A DNA stretch of 63,980 nucleotides, counting the filler, from Octopus bimaculoides (lineage: Eukaryota), in assembly GCF_001194135.2 (NCBI RefSeq). It is 6 parts of 5 records of this genome, joined end to end, with 100 filler letters (N's around TTAATTAATTAA, not from the genome) between each part and the next. Parts side by side here need not be neighbours in the genome. Positions count along the whole stretch, not along the records: positions 24,026 to 47,303 come from NC_068982.1; 5 more parts are not named here. The stretch is one strand, 5' to 3'. The notes beneath the pieces were generated by a model. The model ran no database searches, had not been told where the DNA came from, and saw only the letters and a list, made by a program, of their open reading frames with translations. This document shows positions 24,026 through 35,790 of the stretch, in pieces. How positions within the stretch are numbered: the stretch's first letter is position 1; each line of letters opens with the position of its first letter. The position numbers and the translations under genes are program-made.

Positions 24026-24320
24026 AGTTACTGCAACAGCTTGGGAGTCAGGGGCCCACAGCTTTTTAATATTCTCCCAAAGAGCCTGAGGAATCTGCAC
24101 AAAGTAGATGTAGGAGTTTTTAAATCAAAGTTGGACCTCTTCCTATCGAGAGTCCCAGATGAACCTACCTCGCGGCAGGAGGTGCAAATGAGGGTTGCTA
24201 AATCAAACTCCATTCTTCACCAAGTGCCACATATTGTAAGAGGCTCCCTGTAATAACAGTGTAGCAATACGGTGGTGCATCAGCATGGCCGCAGCTCTAA
24301 GCTGAAATTTAGAAAAAACA
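24026..24320 (+). mobile_element. CR1-clade LINE 3' end (ORF2 C-terminus + 3' UTR + A-rich tail)
   Basis: SLGVRGPQLFNILPKSLRNL...FKSKLDLFLSRVPDEP...SNSILHQ is a typical CR1 ORF2 C-terminus. The UTR ends cagcatggccgcagctctaagctgaaa plus an A-rich tail. Confidence 0.9.
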
Positions 24321-24748
24321 AAAAAAAAATGTATGCATGTATGTATGTATGTTTGTTACGTATGTATGTTGTATGCTAAATCAATCAGATATACATCATG
24401 GTGATTGAAGTGAAGTATGAAACACACTCAAGAAATCGAACAACTTCGTCTACGATTTGGTTACAAATTGAAGATGTCTTTTTTCCTCTGCTAAAAGAGT
24501 AAACTAAATTTGTGGCGACATGAGCAACTGTTTTTCTGTCTCTGAACTCAATTGTGCTAATAACCCATTAATGGATGCTGATTCTCACAAAAAATCTCTA
24601 TATTTCTGTTGTGGTATAGATAAAGATATTTTTTGTATGAATACTGTACAATATTCAATATGTCTTCCGAAATAAATGTTATATGCCTTGTATATAAATA
24701 TTATTTTTACACGAATTATATTTATATGTCTGCATTATACACACACAC

Positions 24749-24804
<56 letters not shown>

Positions 24805-26199
24805 NNNNNNNNNNNNNNNNNNNNNNNNNNNNNNNNNNNNNNNNNNNNNNNNNNNNNNNNNNNNNNNNNNNNNNNNNNNNNNNNNNNNNNNNNNNNNNNN
24901 NNNNNNNNNNNNNNNNNNNNNNNNNNNNNNNNNNNNNNNNNNNNNNNNNNNNNNNNNNNNNNNNNNNNNNNNNNNNNNNNNNNNNNNNNNNNNNNNNNNN
25001 NNNNNNNNNNNNNNNNNNNNNNNNNNNNNNNNNNNNNNNNNNNNNNNNNNNNNNNNNNNNNNNNNNNNNNNNCTCTCTCCCTCCCTCTCTCTTTCTATAT
25101 ATATATATATTATGTATATTATGTATTAATGCTGTATATAAGCATGTATATATGAAATTAAACAGATATTGGTGTGAAAGCAAAGCAATACGCAATCTTA
25201 TATCTGAGATAGCTTCCCAAATGTCAATAACAATTCAATGGATTATTAGAACGGGGACAATATATTCAACTTGGAAAGTATCGAACAAGGTAAAAGAAGA
25301 AATAAAAAGATTCTTACAATACTCAGTTTATGAAAGAAATGCCTCCAGTGCTATTGAGGCGAGTGTGTTGATAACATTGCTTTCATTTATTATTTGTTTC
25401 AGTCACGTCATGTGGATATATGGTAAAGCATGAATCTCTAAAGGGTTACGCTGATTTTATTGTCAAAAACCCTTAAAGACTAGTGCTTTCACATGTCTGT
25501 TAGCAACGTTTTTAACTTTGGGTGCGAGGAATGTAAAAGTGAATTACGTTATGCACAAAGAGAAACAATTAAGGCACATCATATCATACTGTATGATCGT
25601 CCAATGCACCGAAGTTTTGCCATCCTATTCCGCTATCCAAAAATTTGGTCACCCTCTGCAAAATTTCCATCTCTCAAATTTAACTTGACACTGTCTGTAC
25701 AATACGACTCAGTAAGGGAACAACAGTAATTTAAATTTAAAAGAAGCCCTATGAAATAATATTAAAAGGCTAAAGTATACTGGATCGATCACCGCCGGGT
25801 TACCAAGGATCAAGGAACACGTTGGTTCTCCTCAGCGCTGATCATCAGTGAAGATGCACAAGACATGAAGGGCTTCTATGCCAGTATGAATGATGCGTGG
25901 AGCTCTTCCACCAAATGCTCAGCGTACTAGGACACGTTGTGCGATAAATCTGGAGAATGCAGCGTATCACACTACTGTTATATCAAAAGATGATACGTCG
26001 AGTGTAGAGGAGTTATTGGTTACAACCAGGTCAATAGAAAAGCAACAAGAGTGGTCATGAGCACATAAGAAATGTGAATAAATGAAACGAAAACACTTAT
26101 TAGATGTCGCTAGCAATTGATGCTGGCGATGTCTCGAAAGACTGAAAATGTGTTAGCAGGGCTTCGTAATTTGAGAAAGGTGATTGGAATGAATGTGGG

Positions 26200-26770
26200 G
26201 AATTATGGAGGATTTTTTCGGGAAAATCCTAGAGAAAACGTTGATCACTAAGAAAATCATAGTAGTCTTACTTGAATTTCGTCGAGGATTTAAAAGGTGA
26301 AAAAACATCCTTTATACAGTGTTCTGCCTAATTCATATCCAAATGATATGTGTGGAATGGAACTAAGAATGCGGGTTTTTAAACAATAAGCTATTCGTAA
26401 CACGTGAAAGATACTACAAAAGCTTGGCTATCAGGAAGCTCTTATAATCGAGCCTCTGGCATGAAGGATTGAAGCAGACCTGTGTCCTAGCACCAACATT
26501 ATTCTCATTCTGTTAGCTGTGGTCGAAGAGGCAATCCGCAGCTCAACTGAAGGCGTATATATGTAGAATAGAGCTGATGCTAACCTAGTAAAGCTGTCAC
26601 CCCTCTAAATTACGGTTAAATAACACATGCTAATGACAGAAATGCTGTTTGCTAGTGATTGGACCCATCTCTCTTGGACTACAGATTCTGTACTGAACCA
26701 GGTGGGTTCTTCCGTTGGTATAGTTACAAATTTCTCAAGACAGAAATTCTCTATCAGAAGACGAACTCTG
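26200..26770 (+). mobile_element. Decayed RTE (BovB-like) reverse transcriptase fragment
   Basis: GLKQTCVLAPTLFSF (26466-26510), then EEAIRSSTEGVY and FLKTEILYQ; upstream KILQKLGY. Many stops. Confidence 0.55.
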
Positions 26771-27135
26771 ACCCAAGAAAGTGGCAGTAGTAAATTCTGA
26801 GTCCCTCATCGTCGAAGGCAAGAAGGGGGCAAGCCACTTTAATGATTAGAACAATATAACCAGTTTGGTTCAAAGAAATCTGTGAAGGAAAACGACTTAT
26901 TTTATGTACTTCGACTCGAGATTTTACATATGAACGTTCAACCATCGATATCGACGGAAAACCAACCCATGTGATATCAGCAATGGTTGACAAAGCTTTT
27001 GATCAAAAGATGTGCGAGCAGTAAAACTGTGATATCAGAATATATTGAAGATAAAACAAAGAGAAAAAGTGTAAAGGCTATCATGGAGATAAGATGAAAA
27101 GCACACTTCACTGATTCATCTTAACAGTAAAAGAA

Positions 27136-27172
<37 letters not shown>

Positions 27173-28329
27173 CAAAAAAAAAACAAACAAACAAACAAAA
27201 ACACTGAGTTTTCCAAGAGACGTCAAAACATCATTTCAATAAACAGCAGAAAGTTCAATGCCCTGAATTATAAACTTCGTTATAAAGTTGTTAATATCAA
27301 AATGGACTGCAAACACGAAGATTATAATGGCAGTGATTGTGATGGCGACTATGTTAAATCGACAGATATATACATCTTTTTCTTTCTCTTCTCTCTCTCG
27401 CTCTTTTTTTCTCTCTTTCTGCATATATATGCATACACACATATGCGATACTTTGATCTTATTCATATGTTTATATAATTACATACATACATACGTATAT
27501 ATGCGTGTGTGCGTGTGTATGTATATATTTATGTGTGTGTGTATAGATGTATATATAAATATATATATATATGTGTGTGTATTTATATATGTGTATATAT
27601 ATGTATTTATATATCCTGATTACTCTGGAGATACATGCATGCGTACATGTCTATATGCATGCATGTGAACATATATACATATGTACACACACGGAAGCAT
27701 AATACCTTCCTATAAAGTATGATGCAACAGCAATGTAGAATTGGATAAGATAGTAAAAGAATAACATCAAATAAAAATGAACATATTGAGACCGGTAGAT
27801 GAAAAGGATATTTGAAAAACCCAAGTATATAGAAAACATATCAAAACACAAGCGACCTGGTATTGTTCTTTGGTGTCAAAAATTACAAAAACGAATCTCT
27901 TGGGGAAGTCAACGGCTCAATGCACATTAAATAAAGAACCAGTGCAGTTTTGGGGTTATTCTGTATGTCTGTCTGTATTTCTGTCTCTTTAGAAGAAATT
28001 GGCTGTGATCTTACTTAGAGTGAGATGGCTCCGCCGGGTTCACTGTGACCTAAGCACGTAGTGTGACATGACGACACCTCAGCGACATGACGACACCTCA
28101 GCGACACCTTTAAGCATGTATGCTTATATACATACGTACATACAGTCATATATACATATATACATACATGTATACAGATATACATACATACATACATACA
28201 TGTATATACATACGTGCATGCATATATACGTACATACGCACATACGTACATACATACATATATACGTATATGTGTGTTCAAAAGAAACCTGAAATCTGAG
28301 ATGGATGTGCTAGACTGGTAGACAGTTGC

Positions 28330-30330
28330 ATGTACAAAACTTGCAGCTAAAATTCAGGAGATGCAAGTGACCAAACACTGCGAGTCCATTGTGTGCATGA
28401 ATCTAAAGTATAAATTATACATAGGTTAGAATGCATTCCTCTGGGTCACTTCGAAATACACAATCTGCTGAGTGGCAGCAGGAAGGAGGTAAGAACAACT
28501 CCTCATTAACAAAGCTGTCCTTAAGGGATCGAAACAGTACAGTCGAAACCAACTGGCTACATAGATAGACGATAAAAAGGCGTTTATTGTGTGCATTACT
28601 CACTGATAGTAAAGTCAGTCCGCCCTGCAAAAATTTCAGCTGCTATAGTTAATGTCATTAAGAGGCTGACAACATGGTTCACAGAGTTATCAATAAGAAC
28701 TGAAGTTTCCACTATAGTCACGAACAGAATTACGCTATCAACAGGAATATTTCAGAGTGACAGCTTATCTGCAATGCTTTTCGTCCTAGCAGTGAAGCGT
28801 TTGTCTGTTAAAGAAATACAATAGTTTCATGATAGGATCAGCAAATGCAAGAAAAATTATTGTCATCTACACTTTCTTTTTGTTAATGACCGTAAGCTTT
28901 GCTCGAGGATAGCATAAGACTTAAGAGACAGCTAGAACGGATGGCAACGTTCTCATGTGACATAGGAATGGGGTTAGGTAAGTGTAAGTGTTCATATTTG
29001 GAAGTTAAACGACAAGATCGTTGGCCAGACAGGAAATATAGATACGAGTGGTCTTTCTATTTTCTCATTCATGAGTAATGATTGTTACAAATACCTTAGA
29101 ACTGAGAATATTGCATATGTTGGGGCTGCGATTGAAGCTAGAGCGATAAAAAATAAAATATTTCAGCAGACTTCGAGAGATATGGAAATCAGAGCTGTCT
29201 GCATTCAACAAATTCATATACTACAATGCTTTCGCTGTGATGATGCTAGTACCAACATATGAGGTACTAGACTGCAGTCTTGAATAAATGTGCAACTTGG
29301 ATATCAGAACTAGAAAGATACTAACATCGACTAGTGACTTCCATATCAGAAATGAACTAACAGAATCCATTTGATGGAACGATGGAAGCAGTGTCACAGT
29401 GGTGCAGCACAGGTTTTGGCCCCCTTTACGCTAACGAAGCTGGATACCTTGTTCCGTAAACTTGACAGCAGCAAACACATAAAGTGGTTGGACTGTGTGA
29501 TTACTCACATCCCATCCTTTGGCACCGGAAGGATATACGATCGGTCTAAACAACCTTTTTTCCACATTGTGACACTTAGTGCCTACTGATGTGTTATGAA
29601 AGAAACAAGTATATCACGTATATATTCAACAGCAAAGACAATGAATAACATCATGTGATTAGGCGAAGAACTGAACAGGTACTCTAAGTGTACAGCTGCT
29701 CAATCTGAACCAAAGGCGGCTGGTCTGACTTACTGAAGCAGAGAACTGGGAGAGAAATATACATCATACTAACAGAAAGCTATGTATGTGTACACATTCC
29801 ACAAGCGAGAGAATACGAACAGCATTGATAGACGTATTAACCTCTCCTGGAATTGCGATAGATACATTACATCTCATGTTGAGGGCTACTGCCTTTGTTC
29901 AAGAGCAGGAGAAATTTATTAAATACCCAATCGAAAAGGAAGATAATGATACCTCTTGACCTCCATGTTGTGATAAAAAATGTCACTTGTGTCATACCAG
30001 TATGGAGGATATCACCCATATCATCAGCTGTTCAAAAATATCATCAAGACACTAACTTCCCATGATGCATAGAATTATCGCTAAGACATCTATATCAGTA
30101 TACGTAGGAAGGATTGTTCCGATGGTTATATCAAAAGCAAACAAGAAATTAAACGCACATTTAAAGATAAAGAATACTGGTGAAATGTTCCAATAAAAGC
30201 AGTGGCGTAACGTAAACACACAAGTCAGATATTATTGTGGAAACGGGAGCAAACGTTGTGCGCTGTTATAGTGATCATCCACCCGGCAAATGTGAATAAC
30301 TCATTTAAAAGATTGGGCAAAGAACATCTA
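28330..30330 (+). mobile_element. Decayed R4/Dong-clade non-LTR element (RT + CCHC + REL remnants)
   Basis: SIVCMNLKYKLY, EQLLINKAVL, GIFQSDSLSAMLFVL (28744), FSCDIGMGLGKC, YKYL, TRKILT, CHLCHTSMEDITHIISC (29981-30031), KSDII. Confidence 0.8.
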
Positions 30331-30367
30331 TCAAGAACTAATGAAAAACATAGTTATTATAGCCAGG

Positions 30368-30435
30368 TTCTTTTATTCTTTTACTTGTTTTAGTAATTTG
30401 ACTGCGGCCATGCTGGAGCATCACTTTAAAGGTGC
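30368..30435 (-). mobile_element. SINE-B 3' tip
   Basis: ttcttttacttgttttagtaatttgactgcggccatgctggagca. Confidence 0.7.
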
Positions 30436-30967
30436 TTATTTGTACTTATTTTCATAAATGCACTGGGTGACGTAACAGTAGACCTGCATGAAAGTTTAGA
30501 AATACTAGAATTCTTGGTAAAAACAAAACACCCGGGTGACTGTAGAAATTTATTTGCATTCTCCAAATACACTCAATCAGGGGTACAAAATTTCTTCAGC
30601 ATTCCACAAATTCTCTATTTGAAAGTTTGAGCTGAACCGCACACAGGCACTTTCATACATATTCATACATATATGGAATACATACATGCACACATAAACA
30701 GTAATGAAGCAAATCCATTTACGTATAAAAGTGTCATGCATATAAAAAAAGTGTACTACATTAATACTAATTTATGCAATCGTACACACTTATTCACATG
30801 CACGACATATAGAATATATGCTCACACCAACCAATTTAGAGACTCAGAAACTCTAAGAGAAGTCTTAACATAAACAAAAGGCCTTGTCTCTTTGTTTGTG
30901 ACCGGCTTTGACACTGTAAAAGAGAGACTCCTAAAATATTCCAAAGAAAAACATACAAACATGCATA

Positions 30968-31590
30968 CATAATGGTTGCAACTCAATATCGAGCGATATC
31001 ATCGCTTGATCGTCCTTGTGCCTTTCCAATCCTGCTTGGAACCTGTTCTCTTTTACAGGCGTGTACAAAAGACGGGAGCCTCTTGCAACAGGTGTTGAGA
31101 GTGCTTGTCACCCACGCTGACGCATGCTTTCATTTCATCATGGAATTTTCATTAGGTGCTTTGTATGATTGGCTGTGGCCAGATATTGAATGCAACACAA
31201 TAAAAACGCTAATAATCAAGCGATGCCTGTGCCTGAAGCTTTTTAAAGTTTTGTAAGATCTTGTACGGAGCCAATGCTACTCTCTAAACATCGTGTTCTT
31301 TAGCCCCTAAAGAACTAGTCTACATCATTGGACATAAATGAAATCGCAGGTGCTACATCAGAGTTTTCTTTCTCATAGAATGATGCCTAAACAAAGACTA
31401 TGGGCATCTAACTCACAGCTGTTGGCTGGCCGTTGACTTTACTGAGTTCAGTCACCCTTTATTTTTTTCACTTTGCAGGGTGTCCAACGAAAACTACCCT
31501 CCTTACCTGGCACTTCTGTAGGGCTGCCGATGTAGTCGCTGATGACCCGACCATGCGACAAATTGTAATGGGTTACATGCTACCAGTAGC
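30968..31590 (-). mobile_element. ~600-bp RTE-derived non-autonomous element, copy 2
   Basis: Colinear with 10430-11016. KFHDEMKACVSVG followed closely by HACKR...AGLERH. The 5' region contains gtcgc...gcgacta. Confidence 0.7.
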
Positions 31591-31620
31591 ATGCATGCAT
31601 ACATACACACACACACATAC

Positions 31621-31849
31621 GGCGAGCTGGCAGAAACGCTAGCACGCCGGGCGAAATGCTTAGCAGTATTTCGTCTGCCGCTACGTTCTGAGTTCAAATT
31701 CCGCCGAGGTCGACTTTGCCTTTCATCCTTTCGGGGTAGATTAGATAAGTACCAGTTACGCACTGGGGTCGATATAATCGACTTAATCCGTTTGTCTGTC
31801 CTTGTTTGTCCCCTCTGCGTGTAGCCCCTTGTGGGTAGTAAAGAAATAA
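31621..31849 (+). mobile_element. SINE-A, near full length, long-tail subtype
   Basis: A-box tggcagaaacg, B-box gagttcaaattcc, central gtcgactttgcctttcatcctttcgggg, tail ...gccccttgtgggtagtaaagaaataa. Confidence 0.95.
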
Positions 31850-31911
31850 CACACACACACATACATGCACATATACACACACACACACACATACATACAT
31901 ACATACATGCA

Positions 31912-31947
<36 letters not shown>

Positions 31948-32387
31948 TATATATATNNNNNNNNNNNNNNNNNNNNNNNNNNNNNNNNNNNNNNNNNNNN
32001 NNNNNNNNNNNNNNNNNNNNNNNNNNNNNNNNNNNNNNNNNNNNNNNNNNNNNNNNNNNNNNNNNNNNNNNNNNNNNNNNNNNNNNNNNNNNNNNNNNNN
32101 NNNNNNNNNNNNNNNNNNNNNNNNNNNNNNNNNNNNNNNNNNNNNNNNNNNNNNNNNNNNNNNNNNNNNNNNNNNNNNNNNNNNNNNNNNNNNNNNNNNN
32201 NNNNNNNNNNNNNNNNNNNNNNNNNNNNNNNNNNNNNNNNNNNNNNNNNNNNNNNNNNNNNNNNNNNNNNNNNNNNNNNNNNNNNNNNNNNNNNNNNNNN
32301 NNNNNNNNNNNNNNNNNNNNNNNNNNNNNNNNNNNNNNNNNNNNNNNNNNNNNNNNNNNNNNNNNNNNNNNNNNNNNNNNNNNNNNN

Positions 32388-32456
<69 letters not shown>

Positions 32457-33061
32457 GAGTCACACACACACAACGGTATATACATTAAAATATACATTGG
32501 TAAGTCCGAAACTAATAATAAATAGTAATATTATTATTAAATAAATATCCTCGAAAAATACCTCACAAAAAAAAACAACAAGCAACTCAGCCATAATAAC
32601 AACAAAAAATACTATCTGAAAAACAACAAATAATACAAAAACTAAACAAAACACAATACTCAACAAATCAATACAAACCTGAATCAGCAAATAGAGATAG
32701 TTTCCTAAGTTAGTTGTGACTAAATCGATAGTTTACGGTCTTATTTTATGGAGGTCTGGCAGACTGTATGATAATTACAGTTGGGAATTGACTAAATAAG
32801 ATACATATAGTACCTGGTATTGAGTTATTAGAACCTTTCTTCACGCAATCAATGACACACAGAATATAATGAGTTTATGTGTGACAGCTAATCTAAAGCT
32901 TGATTGCTCTTCTTTCACCATATGTACAATTCTTTTTCACAATGGCAAAGAGAAAGTTTTACACAACCTTGCATATATGCGTCTGATTATCCGCATACGT
33001 TTGATTGTATGTATGCACGTGTCTGTTCTGTGTATATATACATACGCACACACATATAAGT

Positions 33062-33098
<37 letters not shown>

Positions 33099-33243
33099 NN
33101 NNNNNNNNNNNNNNNNNNNNNNNNNNNNNNNNNNNNNNNNNNNNNNNNNNNNNNNNNNNNNNNNNNNNNNNNNNNNNNNNNNNNNNNNNNNNNNNNNNNN
33201 NNNNNNNNNNNNNNNNNNNNNNNNNNNNNNNNNNNNNNNNNNN

Positions 33244-33315
<72 letters not shown>

Positions 33316-33729
33316 CTGACGCAAGTGTTCTGTACTTTCAAAATGTTCTCCAGACTTCATGAATTTCGACAAAAATAGACTAAAAATGTAGAGATTTAAA
33401 AACAGTGGAAATGGAAACATATAAAAAAAAAACAATTAATTCGCTTTCATTTCTTGATGTTTCGTCGCAGTTCTGTAACTTATGTTTTTTTAGATTACTA
33501 AAATTACCCGTTTACGATGTAAATACTTCTGTTTGAACGCATATTCTCAGATTAAGTCAGTTACTTGACGACAAGAACAACGCTGAAAGCTCAATATACA
33601 CAGGGTGGTCCAGAAGTCAAGGAAGCAAGGTAAGTTCTATAGTCTTCCGAATTGTCAAAGGAATGCTTCCCTTTTTTAAAAAATTCAATAAAATTCAATA
33701 AAATAATGATGAATACACATTTTGTTCAT

Positions 33730-33824
33730 CACAACAAACCACGGCATATACCCAAGACACAAAGAGCAGCGCTCGGTAGTGCAGTGAAAGCACGTGATAA
33801 AAATAAGACCACTGAATAATAATG

Positions 33825-33883
<59 letters not shown>
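33730..33883 (+). mobile_element. R4/Dong 3' UTR tip with long (TAA)n
   Basis: Near-identical to 34575-34672 (gcgctcggtagtgcagtgaaagcacgtgataaaaataagac), followed by a long TAA array. Confidence 0.7.
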
Positions 33884-33884
<1 letters not shown>

Positions 33885-34454
33885 GAGATGTTTATAAATT
33901 CTTAACTACGATGTGATGTTCCATAGATAGATTCCTTTATCGTAAATACGGTGTGATATTTTATAAAAAGATTAATATAGTTTTGCTAAAACTTTGAGAT
34001 GCTGTTCACAGCTTTGTATATCTTAGCTATTCTATGCCCGACTTGTCGACGATCATGTTCAGTAGCTAAACCAACAGTCGTAAATCTGCCATCATTTGTT
34101 GTCTAAAGAAATCAGNNNNNNNNNNNNNNNNNNNNNNNNNNNNNNNNNNNNNNNNNNNNNNNNNNNNNNNNNNNNNNNNNNNNNNNNNNNNNNNNNNNNN
34201 NNNNNNNNNNNNNNNNNNNNNNNNTAGCTAAACCAACAGTCGTAAATCTGCCATCATTTGTTGTCTAAAGAAATCAGAGAAAACAATATTAGGACTTCTA
34301 GGCCTTATAGTAATGAAATAATTATGGTAATAATAGTGAAATTATAGTAGTGAGCAAGTAAATAATAAGGTAGGGGTCATAGTAGTAATGGTGGAATTAT
34401 AACAGTGAACAAGTAAATAATAAACTAGAACGATCAACATGTGGCGTTGCGCAA

Positions 34455-34672
34455 CCCTTGACAAATACATAAAATCACCAGCACTAAAAAGTATATATAA
34501 CATACAGAAAATAGCACTACTAGGCACCGCACAGATCCTATGTAAAACACTTTCAATACAGTAAAAATAAGAGCACCACAACAAACCACAGTACATACCA
34601 AAGGTACACAGAGCTGCGCTCGGTTGTGCAGTGAAAGCACGTGATAAAAATAAGACTACTGAATAATAATAA
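34455..34672 (+). mobile_element. 5'-truncated R4/Dong element 3' end
   Basis: IYNIQKIALLGTAQILCKTLSIQ* (R4/Dong C-terminal motif), then 3' UTR and (TAA)n. Confidence 0.85.
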
Positions 34673-35371
34673 TGTCATCTATTTCAGTGCGTGACTTTTA
34701 GCCCACCCTGTACTTCCTTATTTTACACCCTAGAGATGATGAATCGCTCTGTGGTAATCGAATGGTAGAGTATAGAATAAATTGTGGTATAACTTCACGT
34801 TTTGATTTGAAAAACCAGTGAGGTTAAATTATCTTTCATCATTTCGAGGTCGATGAAAAGTGTACTGGGATCTATTATAATGGAATGTAACGCCAAATTG
34901 GTACTTTGGCATAGTCAGAGCTCAGTCACAAAAGATACTACAAGAATAGGAAGCACACGAATAACAGAACTTCTAAAACCAGCTCTTACAATATCAGAAC
35001 GTTGCAAGACATTACAAGATACACAAAACTGCGTACTGTAGACATTAAAGCAATATAACTTGACCATTGGCATCGTCGCTATACTGAGTAGAAACGTGCC
35101 TTCATGGTGAAGGGAAACATCTGAAACTTGGAAAAAAGATGTAACATTTTCTGAAAGAGAAAAAAATTTAAATAAGTACCGACTTCATGGAATTGGTTCT
35201 GCGGTGAAATATATTCTAGAGAAAGACCTTACGAGTTTACCTGTCGAAAATAATGATTAAATGATTGTGACTTTCTCAGAATTAATTTTAGAATATATTT
35301 CTTGCCTGTACTCCGACATTAGGCTCTGCCGGGTATTTTAAAATATCTTATCAGCAGCCATGACACATTTA

Positions 35372-35562
35372 CATGCTTCAGTCGTTTGATTGCGGCCATG
35401 CTGGGATACCACTTTGAAAGGCTTAGTCGAACAAACCGACCTAGTACTTATTTTCTTTTAATGTCTACTAATTCTATAATCTCTTTGCCAAGCCACTGGG
35501 ATAAGGGGACGTAAACAAACCAGTACCGGTTGACAAGTGATATAAGAAAAACAAAAACATGT

Positions 35563-35595
<33 letters not shown>

Positions 35596-35601
35596 TACAC
35601 G

Positions 35602-35635
<34 letters not shown>

Positions 35636-35790
35636 CCATGCACTTCCACACAGTTTCTTTCCAACCAAATTCAACTCATGACATTAGTTGGCCTCGGGCT
35701 ATAGTAGAAGAAACACAACCAAGATGCCAAGCAGTGAGACTGAACCCGAAACCAGGTGATTGCAAAGCAAACCATTTAAACACACAACCA
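35372..35790 (-). mobile_element. SINE-B, older variant
   Basis: Tail gattgcggccatgctggg, internal (CA/TA)n, head gactgaacccgaaacc. Confidence 0.75.

Larger units (their letters stand above)
33601..34710. mobile_element. Possible Tc1-like non-autonomous element defined by a TIR pair
   Basis: cagggtggtccagaagtca (33601) vs revcomp cagggtgggctaaaagtca (34692-34710), 16/19 match. TA at the right end only. Confidence 0.5.

Noticed and set aside
25150-25433. ~90-codon open stretch (MKLNRYWCESK...)
   Set aside because: No recognisable motif; the length is compatible with chance.
28065-28108. 19-bp direct repeat (gacatgacgacacctcagc x2) as CRISPR-like
   Set aside because: Two abutting copies with no spacer; a simple slippage duplication in eukaryotic DNA.
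31621-31710. SINE heads as genuine tRNA genes
   Set aside because: They have A/B boxes but no complete cloverleaf, and they continue into repeat bodies present in many diverged copies.
34065-34277. ~53-bp direct repeat on either side of an N gap
   Set aside because: Identical sequence flanking a gap is most simply an unmerged contig overlap.
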